A stretch of 64,000 nt of DNA from the NCBI GenBank assembly GCA_016870095.1, contig VGCI01000003.1, positions 78,607-142,606 on the forward strand. The letters are read 5' to 3'. Shown piece after piece: positions 30,148 to 40,037 of this stretch. Both the position numbers and the translations under genes were made by a program. Source of the stretch: Alphaproteobacteria bacterium (GTDB taxonomy: Bacteria > Pseudomonadota > Alphaproteobacteria > Paracaedibacterales > VGCI01). The notes under the pieces are model-generated. The model saw only the letters and a list, made by a program, of their open reading frames with translations. It searched no databases and was not told the origin of the DNA. Position 1 is the first letter of the stretch; every line of letters begins with the position of its first letter.

Positions 30148-30319
30148 CCTATAAAAACAGGTTAAAGGCACTGAGTCGTATTTAATGAGCATATTTTTTC
30201 TCGTTTTAGCACAATCCGCGCCCCATTGGCGGTAAGCAAATCTCGTGCTAATGTCATATTAATTACAAGTTTTTAGAAGTTTATTGTTGAGTTATTAATG
30301 ACGCCATGAAAGGGAAGGA

Positions 30320-32302
30320 ATGAATTTATTTCATATTGCTGAAATGGCGCTCATTTCACCATTGGTTGGGTTTGTCATTGCCGGTCTTGGAAGTTTAAAT
30401 CCCCAAAGCTTTACGGAAGAAGGGTTAGACTTTGGAGATCGATTATTTCAAGTCGTTACTTGTACCTTAATGGGTATTTGTGTTTTGGCGTCTCTTATTT
30501 TGTTTCAACAAGTTGGGCTTGGGCACCTGGAGGCTTCAACATTGACGTTGCCCTGGATTCATACGGACCAATTTACTGTTTCGTGGGGCATTAAGCTTGA
30601 CGCATTAAGTGTCACGATGATGCTTATTGTTTCTCTTGTTTCTTTTCTTGTTCATATTTATTCCATCGGTTACATGAAAAACGATAATTGTATTCCTCGA
30701 TTTATGGCCTACCTTAGTTTTTTTACTTTTGCCATGTTGGCGCTTGTTACGGCTCCGAACCTGCTCCAGCTTTTTTTTGGTTGGGAAGGTGTAGGGCTCG
30801 CGTCTTATTTGCTCATTGGGTTTTGGTACGAAAAGCCTTCAGCAGGGGCGGCTGCTATAAAAGCTTTTGTAATGAATCGGATTGGAGATGTAGGGTTGGC
30901 TCTAGGGATATGTGCTATCTTTACTATATTCCAAACCATGGATTTTGAAATACTTTTTAAAGAATTAGCGACTTACTCCACCGGTTCTGCGGGTCGTCCT
31001 ATTTTTAACTATTTAGGGTTTCCTGTTGACGCCTTAAATTTGATTGGTGCTTTGCTCCTAATTGGTGCAATGGGGAAGTCGGCGCAGCTAGGGCTTCATA
31101 CGTGGTTGCCAGATGCTATGGAAGGACCTACGCCCGTATCTGCTTTGATTCATGCGGCAACAATGGTAACTGCAGGCGTTTTTTTACTTGTGAGAATGTC
31201 GCCCTTATATGAATTAACTCCTCTCATACGGGATTTTATCTGTATTATCGGAGCCTTAACGGCGTTCTTTGCGGCAGCTATAGCGGTTACTCAAAATGAT
31301 ATTAAACGCATCATTGCTTATTCGACATGCAGTCAATTAGGATATATGTTTTTTGCAGTGGGCGTTTCTGCCTATGGTGCGGCCATGTTCCACCTCGTAA
31401 CCCATGCTTTTTTTAAGGCTCTTCTCTTTTTAGGCTCAGGTGCTGTTATTCACGCTATGTCAGATGAACAAGACATTCGTCGCATGGGGGGAATTCGTGC
31501 TATGGTTCCTATTACCTATACAATGATGTGGGTGGGCAATCTGTCATTAGCGGGCATTCCCTTTTTTGCAGGTTATTATTCTAAAGACGCAATATTAGAA
31601 GCGGCCTATCTTAAAGGTACTGTTGTTGGTGAAATTGCTTTTGTTTTGGGACTTTTTGTGGCCATAATGACCGCATTTTATTCCTGGCGATTGTTGCTCC
31701 TTACATTTCATGGAACTCCCCGTGCGGATGACCGTGTCATGGCCCATGTGCATGAAGTGTCTCAATCCATGAAAATTCCATTATATATCCTAGCCTTGGG
31801 GGCGATGGTATCCGGCTATCTGGGGCAAGATTTATTTTTAAACACCGGGTTCTGGGGACATGCTATTCCTTCGGCAAGTTTACATCACGGCGGGGCAAAC
31901 TTGTTGTCGTATGTGGTGCGGTTTCTGCCCCTTGTATGTGCTATTATGGGAATTTCTATCGCTTACCTATTCTATTATCAAAATCAAATTATTCCTGATC
32001 GTTTAGCCCTAAAATGGCCTCGTTTATATAGTTTTTCTCTTAATAAAGGATTTGTAGACGAGGTTTATAATCGGTTGTTTGTGGCTCGGGCTCTAGCCTT
32101 GGGTTGGGTATTCTGGAAAAAAGGAGATGAAAAAATTATTGATCGCTATGGTCCGGATGGATTCACAACGGTCTCTATGTTTATTGCCCACCTTGCGGCC
32201 CGTTTGCAAACGGGATATGTTACCCATTATGCCTTTGCTATGTTGTTAGGTATTGTTGCTTTAACAACGTGGCTATTAATTTCAAAAGTTTATAACCTAT
32301 GA
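30320..32302 (+). CDS. nuoL: NADH-quinone oxidoreductase subunit L
   Basis: 660-aa polytopic antiporter-like subunit (WEGVGLASYLLIGFW, HAATMVTAGVFL). Followed by nuoM with an ATGA overlap. Confidence 0.95.
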   Translation: MNLFHIAEMALISPLVGFVIAGLGSLNPQSFTEEGLDFGDRLFQVVTCTLMGICVLASLILFQQVGLGHLEASTLTLPWIHTDQFTVSWGIKLDALSVTMMLIVSLVSFLVHIYSIGYMKNDNCIPRFMAYLSFFTFAMLALVTAPNLLQLFFGWEGVGLASYLLIGFWYEKPSAGAAAIKAFVMNRIGDVGLALGICAIFTIFQTMDFEILFKELATYSTGSAGRPIFNYLGFPVDALNLIGALLLIGAMGKSAQLGLHTWLPDAMEGPTPVSALIHAATMVTAGVFLLVRMSPLYELTPLIRDFICIIGALTAFFAAAIAVTQNDIKRIIAYSTCSQLGYMFFAVGVSAYGAAMFHLVTHAFFKALLFLGSGAVIHAMSDEQDIRRMGGIRAMVPITYTMMWVGNLSLAGIPFFAGYYSKDAILEAAYLKGTVVGEIAFVLGLFVAIMTAFYSWRLLLLTFHGTPRADDRVMAHVHEVSQSMKIPLYILALGAMVSGYLGQDLFLNTGFWGHAIPSASLHHGGANLLSYVVRFLPLVCAIMGISIAYLFYYQNQIIPDRLALKWPRLYSFSLNKGFVDEVYNRLFVARALALGWVFWKKGDEKIIDRYGPDGFTTVSMFIAHLAARLQTGYVTHYAFAMLLGIVALTTWLLISKVYNL

Positions 32303-33891
32303 ACAATCTTCCCCTCCTTTCCGCAATTATCTTTCTCCCCTTAGTTGGCAGTCTTTTTATTTTTGCTATGAAAGGGCAAGAGTCGACCATTGCAAGCAAT
32401 GCAAGAAATGTAGCCATTTGGACATCTTTTCTAACCTTTGCTTTGTCAATTATTTTATGGATAAATTTTGATGTGAGCCAAATATCATATCAATTTGTTG
32501 AAAAGACAAATTGGGTTAAGGATTTAGGTATTCGGTATCATTTAGGAATTGATGGTGTTTCCTTATTTTTTGTATTATTAACAACTTTTTTAACACCTTT
32601 ATGTATTTTAGCCAGTTGGGATTCTATCCAATTTCGTGTACGGGAATATATGATGGTATTTTTACTGCTAGAAACATTCATGATTGGCATGTTTTGTGCC
32701 CTAGATCTCGTCCTGTTCTATGTCTTCTTTGAAGGTGTGCTCATTCCCATGTTCTTAATTATTGGTATCTGGGGAGGGGAGCGTCGAATTTATTCTTGTT
32801 TTAAATTCTTTTTGTATACTTTTTTTGGCTCCGTCTTAATGTTAATAGCTATTTTATCTATCTATTACATTACGGGAAGCACAGACCTTCAAGTCGTCAT
32901 GGACTTCTCCTTTACATTGGCAGCGCAGAGATGGTTATGGTTGGCCTTTTTTGCCTCTTTTGCCGTCAAAATTCCTATGTGGCCTGTTCATACATGGTTG
33001 CCGGATGCTCACGTCGAGGCTCCAACGGCAGGATCTGTTATTTTAGCAGGAATCTTATTGAAAATGGGGGCTTATGGATTCTTAAGATTTTCGATTCCAT
33101 TGTTTCCAGGTGCAACAGTTGTTTTTACTCCATTGATCATGGTTCTCAGCATCATCGCCATTCTTTATGCATCTTTAATAGCTCTTGTCCAAACAGATAT
33201 GAAAAAATTGATAGCCTATTCTTCTATTGCTCATATGGGTTTTGTGACTTTAGGAATTTTTACACTCAACACCCAAGGGGTGACGGGGGCGATTATTCAA
33301 ATGCTGAGTCATGGTATTGTTGCCGGGGCTTTATTCTTGTGTGTAGGAGTGGTTTATGACCGACTTCATACCCGGGAAATTGATCGATACGGAGGGCTCG
33401 TGTCCCGTATGCCTTTTTATGCACTATTCTTTTTAATTTTTACCCTTGCGGCCATCGGATTGCCCGGAACAAGTGGATTTGTGGGAGAATTCTTGGTGCT
33501 TGTGGGTGCATTCCAAATGAATACGCTGGTTGCAACTCTTGCCTCAATCGGTATGGTTTTGGGGGCAAGTTATGCGTTGTGGTTATACCGAAGAGTCATT
33601 TTTGGAAAATTAGTTCACGCAGATTTAAAAACGATATTAGACCTCAATTTGCGGGAAGGCATAATTCTAGGCTCACTGGCAGTTTTGGTGTTGTGGTTGG
33701 GAATTTATCCGCAGCCATTCTTAAATATTATCAATCCCGCAGTTAAAGAGTTGGTTGAAAATCATAAGGCTTGGGTTCAAGAAGAAGCCTCAAATGTAAT
33801 AGAAAAAGCGAATGAAAAGGAAAGTTTGAGCCTTCATAAAATTGCGATGCCCAATCCTGATTCTTCGTTTGTGTGGGGAGCGTCTTTATGA
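32299..33891 (+). CDS. nuoM: NADH-quinone oxidoreductase subunit M
   Basis: 530 aa with WLPDAHVEAPTAGSVILAGILLKMG, typical of NuoM/ND4. Confidence 0.95.
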   Translation: MNNLPLLSAIIFLPLVGSLFIFAMKGQESTIASNARNVAIWTSFLTFALSIILWINFDVSQISYQFVEKTNWVKDLGIRYHLGIDGVSLFFVLLTTFLTPLCILASWDSIQFRVREYMMVFLLLETFMIGMFCALDLVLFYVFFEGVLIPMFLIIGIWGGERRIYSCFKFFLYTFFGSVLMLIAILSIYYITGSTDLQVVMDFSFTLAAQRWLWLAFFASFAVKIPMWPVHTWLPDAHVEAPTAGSVILAGILLKMGAYGFLRFSIPLFPGATVVFTPLIMVLSIIAILYASLIALVQTDMKKLIAYSSIAHMGFVTLGIFTLNTQGVTGAIIQMLSHGIVAGALFLCVGVVYDRLHTREIDRYGGLVSRMPFYALFFLIFTLAAIGLPGTSGFVGEFLVLVGAFQMNTLVATLASIGMVLGASYALWLYRRVIFGKLVHADLKTILDLNLREGIILGSLAVLVLWLGIYPQPFLNIINPAVKELVENHKAWVQEEASNVIEKANEKESLSLHKIAMPNPDSSFVWGASL

Positions 33892-35360
33892 ATTTGGCTT
33901 TTGAGGGTGTAGATTTAAACCTTATTTTTCCAGAACTTGTTCTATTGGGAGTGGCTTTTGTTCTTCTTGTGTTGGGTTTGTATAGGGGCGATTATGCTTT
34001 TAATCGCGTAATGCTATTATCCAAAATTGCTTTAGGGGCGGTTCTCGTTCTTGTTTGTGTGATGCCAGCAGAACGTGAAATTGGTTTCCAAGGGGCTTTT
34101 GTGAGTGATAGTTTTTCAATCTTGATGAAAGCCCTTATTATATCTTCAGCTCTTATTGTGTTAATGGTGAGCCGAAAGTCTCTAACTTCAGAAGATATTG
34201 CTCAATACGAATACCCAATCTTGATCCTGTTTGCTGTTTTGGGAATGATGGTTATGATTTCGGCAAACGACTTGATCAGTTTGTTTATGGGACTTGAATT
34301 ACAAAGTCTAAGTCTATACGTATTGACGACATTACGTCGAGACGATGCCAAAGCTTCAGAAGCTGGAATGAAGTATTTTGTTCTGGGAGCTCTGTCCACG
34401 AGTTTGCTGCTATATGGTTGTTCGTTAATTTATGGATACACAGGAACAACGAATTTTGATGTTATAGCTCATGTCTTGAAAGGAATTCATGATGTTCCTT
34501 TGTCTATAATGGTTGGGTTGGTTTTCCTGATGGCTGGGTTGGTTTTTAAAATTTCTGCGGTTCCTTTTCACATGTGGACCCCAGATGTGTATGAAGGATC
34601 GCCTATTTCCATTACAACATTTTTGGCCTCAGCTCCCAAAATTGCAGGTTTTGCTCTCATTACACGCGTTTTTATATCCCCTTTTTTGCATTTCGTGGGA
34701 CAATGGCAACTTATGCTGGGGGCGATCGCAATAGCCTCAATGATTTTAGGAGCATTTGCAGCTCTAACACAACGGAACATCAAACGTCTTTTGGCATATA
34801 GTTCTATTGGGAATATGGGATATGCGCTTATTGGCATCGTTGTGGGCACTGAAGAAGGGGTAACAGCAAGTACGTTATATATGCTGTTATATCTCATCAT
34901 GATTATTGGGGTGTTTGCGTGTCTTCTCAACATTACACGCCGAAGTCAGGAAACAAATAACATTCAAGATCTTAAAGGACTCGTTCGTTTTTATCCAGGA
35001 ACTTCATTTATTTTAAGTTTTCTCCTATTCTCAATGGCTGGCATTCCCCCTCTTGCAGGATTTCTAGGGAAATTGTACGTATTTAAAGCAGCCGTTGCCG
35101 CAAATTTTTACTTTTTGGCAATTGTTGGCGTTCTGACGAGCGTCGTTGCTGCGGCTTACTATCTTTGGATTATCAAAGCTATTCTTATGGATGCCCCAGA
35201 TTTGGACCGATGGGCGGAGCATTATCGTACTTATCGAAGGGAGCCAGCCATGACTTTTGTTTTGTTGGGGACGGTTGCAGGTCTTCTTTGGATCTTTATT
35301 TTCCCGAATCCTATTATTCGCATCACGAACGATGCTGTTGCTTCTCTATTTGATATGTAG
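33888..35360 (+). CDS. nuoN: NADH-quinone oxidoreductase subunit N
   Basis: About 490-aa polytopic protein (FHMWTPDVYEGSP). The ATG at 33888 overlaps the nuoM stop (ATGA). The ORF-track start at 33873 is five codons upstream. Confidence 0.93.
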   Translation: MNLAFEGVDLNLIFPELVLLGVAFVLLVLGLYRGDYAFNRVMLLSKIALGAVLVLVCVMPAEREIGFQGAFVSDSFSILMKALIISSALIVLMVSRKSLTSEDIAQYEYPILILFAVLGMMVMISANDLISLFMGLELQSLSLYVLTTLRRDDAKASEAGMKYFVLGALSTSLLLYGCSLIYGYTGTTNFDVIAHVLKGIHDVPLSIMVGLVFLMAGLVFKISAVPFHMWTPDVYEGSPISITTFLASAPKIAGFALITRVFISPFLHFVGQWQLMLGAIAIASMILGAFAALTQRNIKRLLAYSSIGNMGYALIGIVVGTEEGVTASTLYMLLYLIMIIGVFACLLNITRRSQETNNIQDLKGLVRFYPGTSFILSFLLFSMAGIPPLAGFLGKLYVFKAAVAANFYFLAIVGVLTSVVAAAYYLWIIKAILMDAPDLDRWAEHYRTYRREPAMTFVLLGTVAGLLWIFIFPNPIIRITNDAVASLFDM

Positions 35361-35368
35361 AGGATTTA

Positions 35369-36097
35369 TTGTTGAATTACATTCTTCATGAATATCCTGT
35401 TGTTGAAAGTACGAATGATGTTGCTAAGAACCTTTTAAAGGAAGGCGCAGGAGAAGGCACAGTTGTTCGAGCGGACCGCCAAACAGCGGGGCGAGGTCGA
35501 CGAGGACGTGAGTGGGTATCTAATTCCGGTAATTTATACTGTTCTTTTATCCTAAAGCCGCACTGTCCTTTGAGCCAAGTCAATCAACTTTCATTTGTTA
35601 TGGCTTTAGCCGTTGGCGAGACGATTTTATCTTTCCTATCCTTGCCCGAGAGTTTGTCTTATAAATGGCCAAATGACTTACTTTTAAATAAAGAAAAGGT
35701 TGGCGGGATATTGATTGAAACAGAGTCCAGTGGGGGAAAACAAGTTGAAAGTTGTGTGGTCGGTATTGGTGTGAATCTTCTATCAAGCCCTTCTCATATG
35801 GCTTATCCCGTGACATCTTTAAAACGGCATGCAAAAGTGACGCCAATTTTAGAGATTTTATTTTCTGAACTTTTGGATCAAATCAAAACTTTCTATCATA
35901 TGTGGAAACAAGACGGTTTCGAGCTTATTCGAGAAAAGTGGCTGCAAAGAGCTTATTGTCTTGGAGAAGATCTATCTATAGTTGTGGGAGAAAACAAAAT
36001 CCGCGGAAAGTTTATTGGATTAGATCCCAGCGGTGGGCTTCTTATTAAAAGAGAAGATAATAGCATTGAAACTCTATTGTCGGCTGAAATTTCATGA
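35369..36097 (+). CDS. birA: Biotin--[acetyl-CoA-carboxylase] ligase (no N-terminal repressor domain)
   Basis: ESTNDVAK near the N-terminus and QTAGRGRRGREW (the GRGRRGR biotin-binding loop). TTG start. Conserved position after nuoN. Confidence 0.87.
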   Translation: MLNYILHEYPVVESTNDVAKNLLKEGAGEGTVVRADRQTAGRGRRGREWVSNSGNLYCSFILKPHCPLSQVNQLSFVMALAVGETILSFLSLPESLSYKWPNDLLLNKEKVGGILIETESSGGKQVESCVVGIGVNLLSSPSHMAYPVTSLKRHAKVTPILEILFSELLDQIKTFYHMWKQDGFELIREKWLQRAYCLGEDLSIVVGENKIRGKFIGLDPSGGLLIKREDNSIETLLSAEIS

Positions 36098-36238
36098 AAT
36101 TTATAGAGCTAGAGGTTATTTCAAGATAAGTTCGTTCCTAAACTTTTATAAAGACTTGAAATGGCTTTCTGAACAGCCTATTTAATGAGTAGTGCTCTTG
36201 TATCAAAAACAAAAATTTAATCTAGGTATAAAATATAA

Positions 36239-37888
36239 GTGAAATATAATCCAACCAAAAAAGATCTATGGTTTCTTCCTCTTGGAGGATCAGGCGAGAT
36301 CGGTATGAATCTCAATCTCTATGGTCACGATAACGAATGGATTATGGTAGACTTAGGAATAACTTTTGGAGATCGGTTAGGTGTGGATATTATTACACCT
36401 GATCCGGCTTTCATTGCTGAGCGTCGAGATTCACTAGTTGGAATTATTATTACGCATGCGCATGAAGATCATATAGGGGCTGTTCCCTACCTGTGGCAAC
36501 ATTTGCAGTGTCCCGTTTATGCAACTCCCTTCACCGCGAGCATTTTACGTCAAAAACTTAAAGATATTTCGTGGGGCAAGAAAGTTCCGATTATTGAAGT
36601 TCCCCTTTCAAGTACCATCCAGGTTGGAAAATTTTCTGTAGAATTCATTACTTTGACTCACTCTATTCCGGAGCCAAACGCTTTGGCGATTACGACACCT
36701 CTCGGCACAATTCTGCATACAGGGGATTGGAAAATTGACAGCAGTCCTTTTGTGGGAGAAGTTACCGATCATAAGCGTCTTAAAGCCTTGGGTGATAAGG
36801 GTATTTTGGCCATGGTTTGTGATTCCACAAACGTTCTTAACGAAGGAAGTTCAGGTTCTGAACAGGGCGTAAGAGAAGAACTTACGGATTTGATTCGTCG
36901 TCATCCGAATGGTCGTGTTGCTGTGGCTTGTTTTGCGTCGAACGTTGCTCGTTTAGAGACAGCTGCATTGGCTGCACGGGCAAACGGTCGTCAACCCGTA
37001 TTGGTGGGCCGTTCCTTAATACGTATGGAAGAAGCAGCACGTCAAAATGGATACCTGACGGACATTCCCCGATTTCTTAATGAAGAAACGGCAGACGGAT
37101 TGCCCCGGGATAGGATTTTGCTTATCGCTACAGGTTCTCAAGGAGAGCCTCGTTCAGCGCTTTCACGTATTGCCTCAGGACAGCATCCAGCTATAGAACT
37201 TGATGCTGGAGATACAGTTATATTTTCATCTCGAATGATTCCGGGTAATGAACGGAGTATTAGTGCGTTGCAAAATCGTCTTGTCTTAAAAGGCGTAAAA
37301 GTCATTACGGCTCATGAGGAAGATATTCACGTATCTGGACATCCTGCTCAGGATGAGCTTCGGCAAATGTATGAATGGGTTCGGCCTGAAATCCTAGTCC
37401 CGGTTCATGGAGAGGCTCGCCATCTTCAAGCCCATGCAGCCTTTGGTTTAGAATGCGGTATTGCTCAATCTATTACGCCAGAAAATGGAACGTTAATTCG
37501 TCTGGCGCCGGGTTCGCCTGAGATCGTTGATAATGTGCCAACGGGGCGAAAAGGTTTTGATGGCAATCGGTTAATTTCTATGGATAGTCTGATGCTTCGT
37601 GATCGTTATCGTTTGTCTATTCAAGGAACAATTGTGGTAACCATTGCACTTGATAAGGTTGGACAGCCGGCTCGTCCGATGCACCTTACGATGTTAGGTG
37701 TTGCCGAACCGGGAGAGGAAATGGATGAATTGTCACGGGATATTAACCGAGTCATACGCCAAACATTATTAGATAATCATAAAAATGAAGAGGTGCTAAC
37801 GGAGGCACTTCGTGTTGCAATTCGCCGAGTTGTGAATACTCGGCTAGGCAAGAAGCCTCTAACTGAAGTACATTTAATACAAGTGTAA
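36239..37888 (+). CDS. rnj: Ribonuclease J (beta-CASP metallo-beta-lactamase)
   Basis: 549 aa with the HAHEDHIGA MBL motif and a beta-CASP region. Conserved alphaproteobacterial position after birA. Confidence 0.9.
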   Translation: MKYNPTKKDLWFLPLGGSGEIGMNLNLYGHDNEWIMVDLGITFGDRLGVDIITPDPAFIAERRDSLVGIIITHAHEDHIGAVPYLWQHLQCPVYATPFTASILRQKLKDISWGKKVPIIEVPLSSTIQVGKFSVEFITLTHSIPEPNALAITTPLGTILHTGDWKIDSSPFVGEVTDHKRLKALGDKGILAMVCDSTNVLNEGSSGSEQGVREELTDLIRRHPNGRVAVACFASNVARLETAALAARANGRQPVLVGRSLIRMEEAARQNGYLTDIPRFLNEETADGLPRDRILLIATGSQGEPRSALSRIASGQHPAIELDAGDTVIFSSRMIPGNERSISALQNRLVLKGVKVITAHEEDIHVSGHPAQDELRQMYEWVRPEILVPVHGEARHLQAHAAFGLECGIAQSITPENGTLIRLAPGSPEIVDNVPTGRKGFDGNRLISMDSLMLRDRYRLSIQGTIVVTIALDKVGQPARPMHLTMLGVAEPGEEMDELSRDINRVIRQTLLDNHKNEEVLTEALRVAIRRVVNTRLGKKPLTEVHLIQV

Positions 37889-37960
37889 AACCTACAAAAC
37901 TGCCTATCAATAAGCAGGGTCACTTTTACATGTAGGCAAATCAGGGGAGTGAAAATTTAA

Positions 37961-38362
37961 ATGCTGAATCGATTAAATCATGTAGCAATTGCGGTACCTG
38001 ATTTAGGTGCAGCTGTTACGTTTTATCGAGATGTTTTGGGGGCAGAAGTCTCTGAAGCTATGGACTTGTGGGAACACGGAGTGACCTCAGTTTTTGTTTA
38101 CCTATCTAATACGAAACTTGAACTGATAACACCTTTAGGAGACCACTCACCCATTGCAGGGTTCCTAACCAAAAATCCTGCAGGGGGTTTGCATCATCTT
38201 TGTTTTGAAGTACAAGATATTCATATGTCATCGGATAAAGTTAACGCGGCGCACGTGAGACTTATTGATGTTCCTAAACAAGGAAGTCAAGGTAAGCCCG
38301 TTGTTTTTATGCATCCTAAAGATGTTTTTGGATGTTTATTAGAGTTAGAAGAATCAGCATAA
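37961..38362 (+). CDS. mce: Methylmalonyl-CoA epimerase (VOC family)
   Basis: 133 aa with LNHVAIAVPDL, NTKLELITPLG and GGLHHLCFEV. Conserved position after rnj. Confidence 0.85.
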   Translation: MLNRLNHVAIAVPDLGAAVTFYRDVLGAEVSEAMDLWEHGVTSVFVYLSNTKLELITPLGDHSPIAGFLTKNPAGGLHHLCFEVQDIHMSSDKVNAAHVRLIDVPKQGSQGKPVVFMHPKDVFGCLLELEESA

Positions 38363-38374
38363 AAGGTAAAATAA

Positions 38375-38548
38375 ATGTGGAAATATGCTTTTTTGATAGG
38401 GCTTAGCACTTTGGTAAGTTCTTGTGGAAAAAAAGGTCCCGTGGAGCCTTTAGAGCCCAGCAGTTATCCTCATACTTATCCCAAACCTAAAATTATAGAC
38501 CAGGAAATTGTTAAAAATTTAAAAAATGAGGATGTTAATGACGACTAA
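38375..38548 (+). CDS. Small lipoprotein, LptM (YifL)-like; 57 aa and below the ORF-track size cut-off
   Basis: My translation: MWKYAFLIGLSTLVSSCGKKGPVEPLEPSSYPHTYPKPKIIDQEIVKNLKNEDVNDD. The lipobox LVSSC is followed by GKKGP..P, like the C-G-x-K-G-P-L pattern of LptM/YifL small lipoproteins. Confidence 0.45.
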   Translation: MWKYAFLIGLSTLVSSCGKKGPVEPLEPSSYPHTYPKPKIIDQEIVKNLKNEDVNDD

Positions 38549-39266
38549 GCCACTTATTCTAATAACACTCGACGTGGAAGAGCCGGGCGGTTATTCAAAA
38601 ATGCCTTGGTTTGCTTTGCGCAAGAATTATTGTGATGCTATTTTAGCTGCGGGAGGCATTCCTTTGCCTGTTCCCCACTATGAGGAGCTAGATGAACATT
38701 ATGCATCTCTAGCCGATGGTTTTGTATTTACAGGTGGAGATTTTGATATTGATCCCGCGTTGTACGGCGAGGCCCACCGTCACGAGACTGTAAGGACCAA
38801 ACAAAACAGAACAACTTTCGAATGGCGTTTATTGGAGTTAGCTCTCGAGAAAAAGAAACCGGTACTCGGTATTTGTGGAGGAATGCAACTTGTGAATGTT
38901 GTTTTAGGGGGAAGCCTGATTCAACATATTCCAGATGAAATCAATAATGGCTTACCTCATGAACAACCCAATCCACGAACTGAGGCAGGGCATGATGTGC
39001 AAATTTATGAAGATACGCTGTTACACAGACTTGTTTATTCTACAATAGTGGAAGGCAATATTCCCGTGAATAGTGCTCACCATCAAGCCATTAAGACATT
39101 AGGGAATGGACTTGTTATTAATGCAATGGCTTCTGATGGCATCATAGAGGGAATTGAAGATACACAACGGCCTTTCTGCTTAGGTATTCAATGGCACCCG
39201 GAATATCATATTAGTCATGCGGATAAAAATATTTTTCAAGGGCTTGTAGAGGCTGCAAAACAATGA
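38526..39266 (+). CDS. Class I glutamine amidotransferase-like / peptidase C26 (gamma-glutamyl-GABA hydrolase family)
   Basis: Nucleophile elbow GICGGMQL and a catalytic-type WHPE motif (GIQWHPEY). The start may be one of the Met codons a few residues downstream. Confidence 0.8.
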   Translation: MRMLMTTKPLILITLDVEEPGGYSKMPWFALRKNYCDAILAAGGIPLPVPHYEELDEHYASLADGFVFTGGDFDIDPALYGEAHRHETVRTKQNRTTFEWRLLELALEKKKPVLGICGGMQLVNVVLGGSLIQHIPDEINNGLPHEQPNPRTEAGHDVQIYEDTLLHRLVYSTIVEGNIPVNSAHHQAIKTLGNGLVINAMASDGIIEGIEDTQRPFCLGIQWHPEYHISHADKNIFQGLVEAAKQ

Positions 39267-40018
39267 CGACATCTTTGACTGCACAGCCGATTGTAGGAGA
39301 ACGCATTGCCAAACGCATGGCCCGAGCGGGTCTTTGTTCTCGACGTGATGCGGAGCGTTGGATCTTTGAGGGTCGCGTAACGATTGACGGAGAAATTCTA
39401 ACCACCCCCGCCATAGTTGTGACGGATAAAATGAAAATTATGGTGGATGGAAAACTCATAACAGAAGTGCCAGAACCTCGACTTTGGTTATACCATAAGC
39501 CTGTTGATCTTTTAACAACTCATCATGATCCACAGGGTCGTCCCACAATCTTTGAAAACTTACCGTCATCCATGCCGAGAGTAATTTCTATTGGGCGTTT
39601 GGATTTAAATTCTGAAGGATTGCTTCTTCTCACCAATGATGGGGAATTATCGCGATATGCTGAGCTTCCTGCAACAGGATGGGCAAGGTCTTATCAGGTT
39701 CGTGTTTATGGAGAAGTTGATGAAAATGCGCTAGCAGATCTTGTGCATGGTGTTACAATAGATGGTATTTCGTACGGCCGCATTGAAGCTCAATTAGAAG
39801 ATCCAAGTCACAATACGCGCTCAAATACTTGGCTCTTTATGACACTTTACGAGGGAAAAAATCGTGAAATCCGAAAAGTTATGGAATACTTAGGGCTTAG
39901 AGTGAACCGTTTGATTCGAGTGAGTTATGGTCCTTTTTCTTTGGAAGACTTAAACCCAGGTCAGGTTAAGGAAATTCCTCGAAGAGATTTTCTAAACGTG
40001 TTTAATGTTAATAAATAA
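39263..40018 (+). CDS. Pseudouridine synthase, RsuA/RluB family
   Basis: N-terminal S4 domain (RIAKRMARAGLCSRRDAERWI). Catalytic Asp motif GRLDLNSEGLLLLTNDG. Confidence 0.85.
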   Translation: MTTSLTAQPIVGERIAKRMARAGLCSRRDAERWIFEGRVTIDGEILTTPAIVVTDKMKIMVDGKLITEVPEPRLWLYHKPVDLLTTHHDPQGRPTIFENLPSSMPRVISIGRLDLNSEGLLLLTNDGELSRYAELPATGWARSYQVRVYGEVDENALADLVHGVTIDGISYGRIEAQLEDPSHNTRSNTWLFMTLYEGKNREIRKVMEYLGLRVNRLIRVSYGPFSLEDLNPGQVKEIPRRDFLNVFNVNK

Positions 40019-40037
40019 GAAAATAATAGGATTATAC

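Noticed and set aside
32931-33359. 142-aa plus-strand ORF in an alternative frame inside nuoM, plus similar nested ORFs inside dnaE, ileS, bamA, pccA and lpxD
   Set aside because: All are embedded in strongly supported long genes, lack motifs and have odd composition. They are typical out-of-frame or antisense artefacts of six-frame scans.
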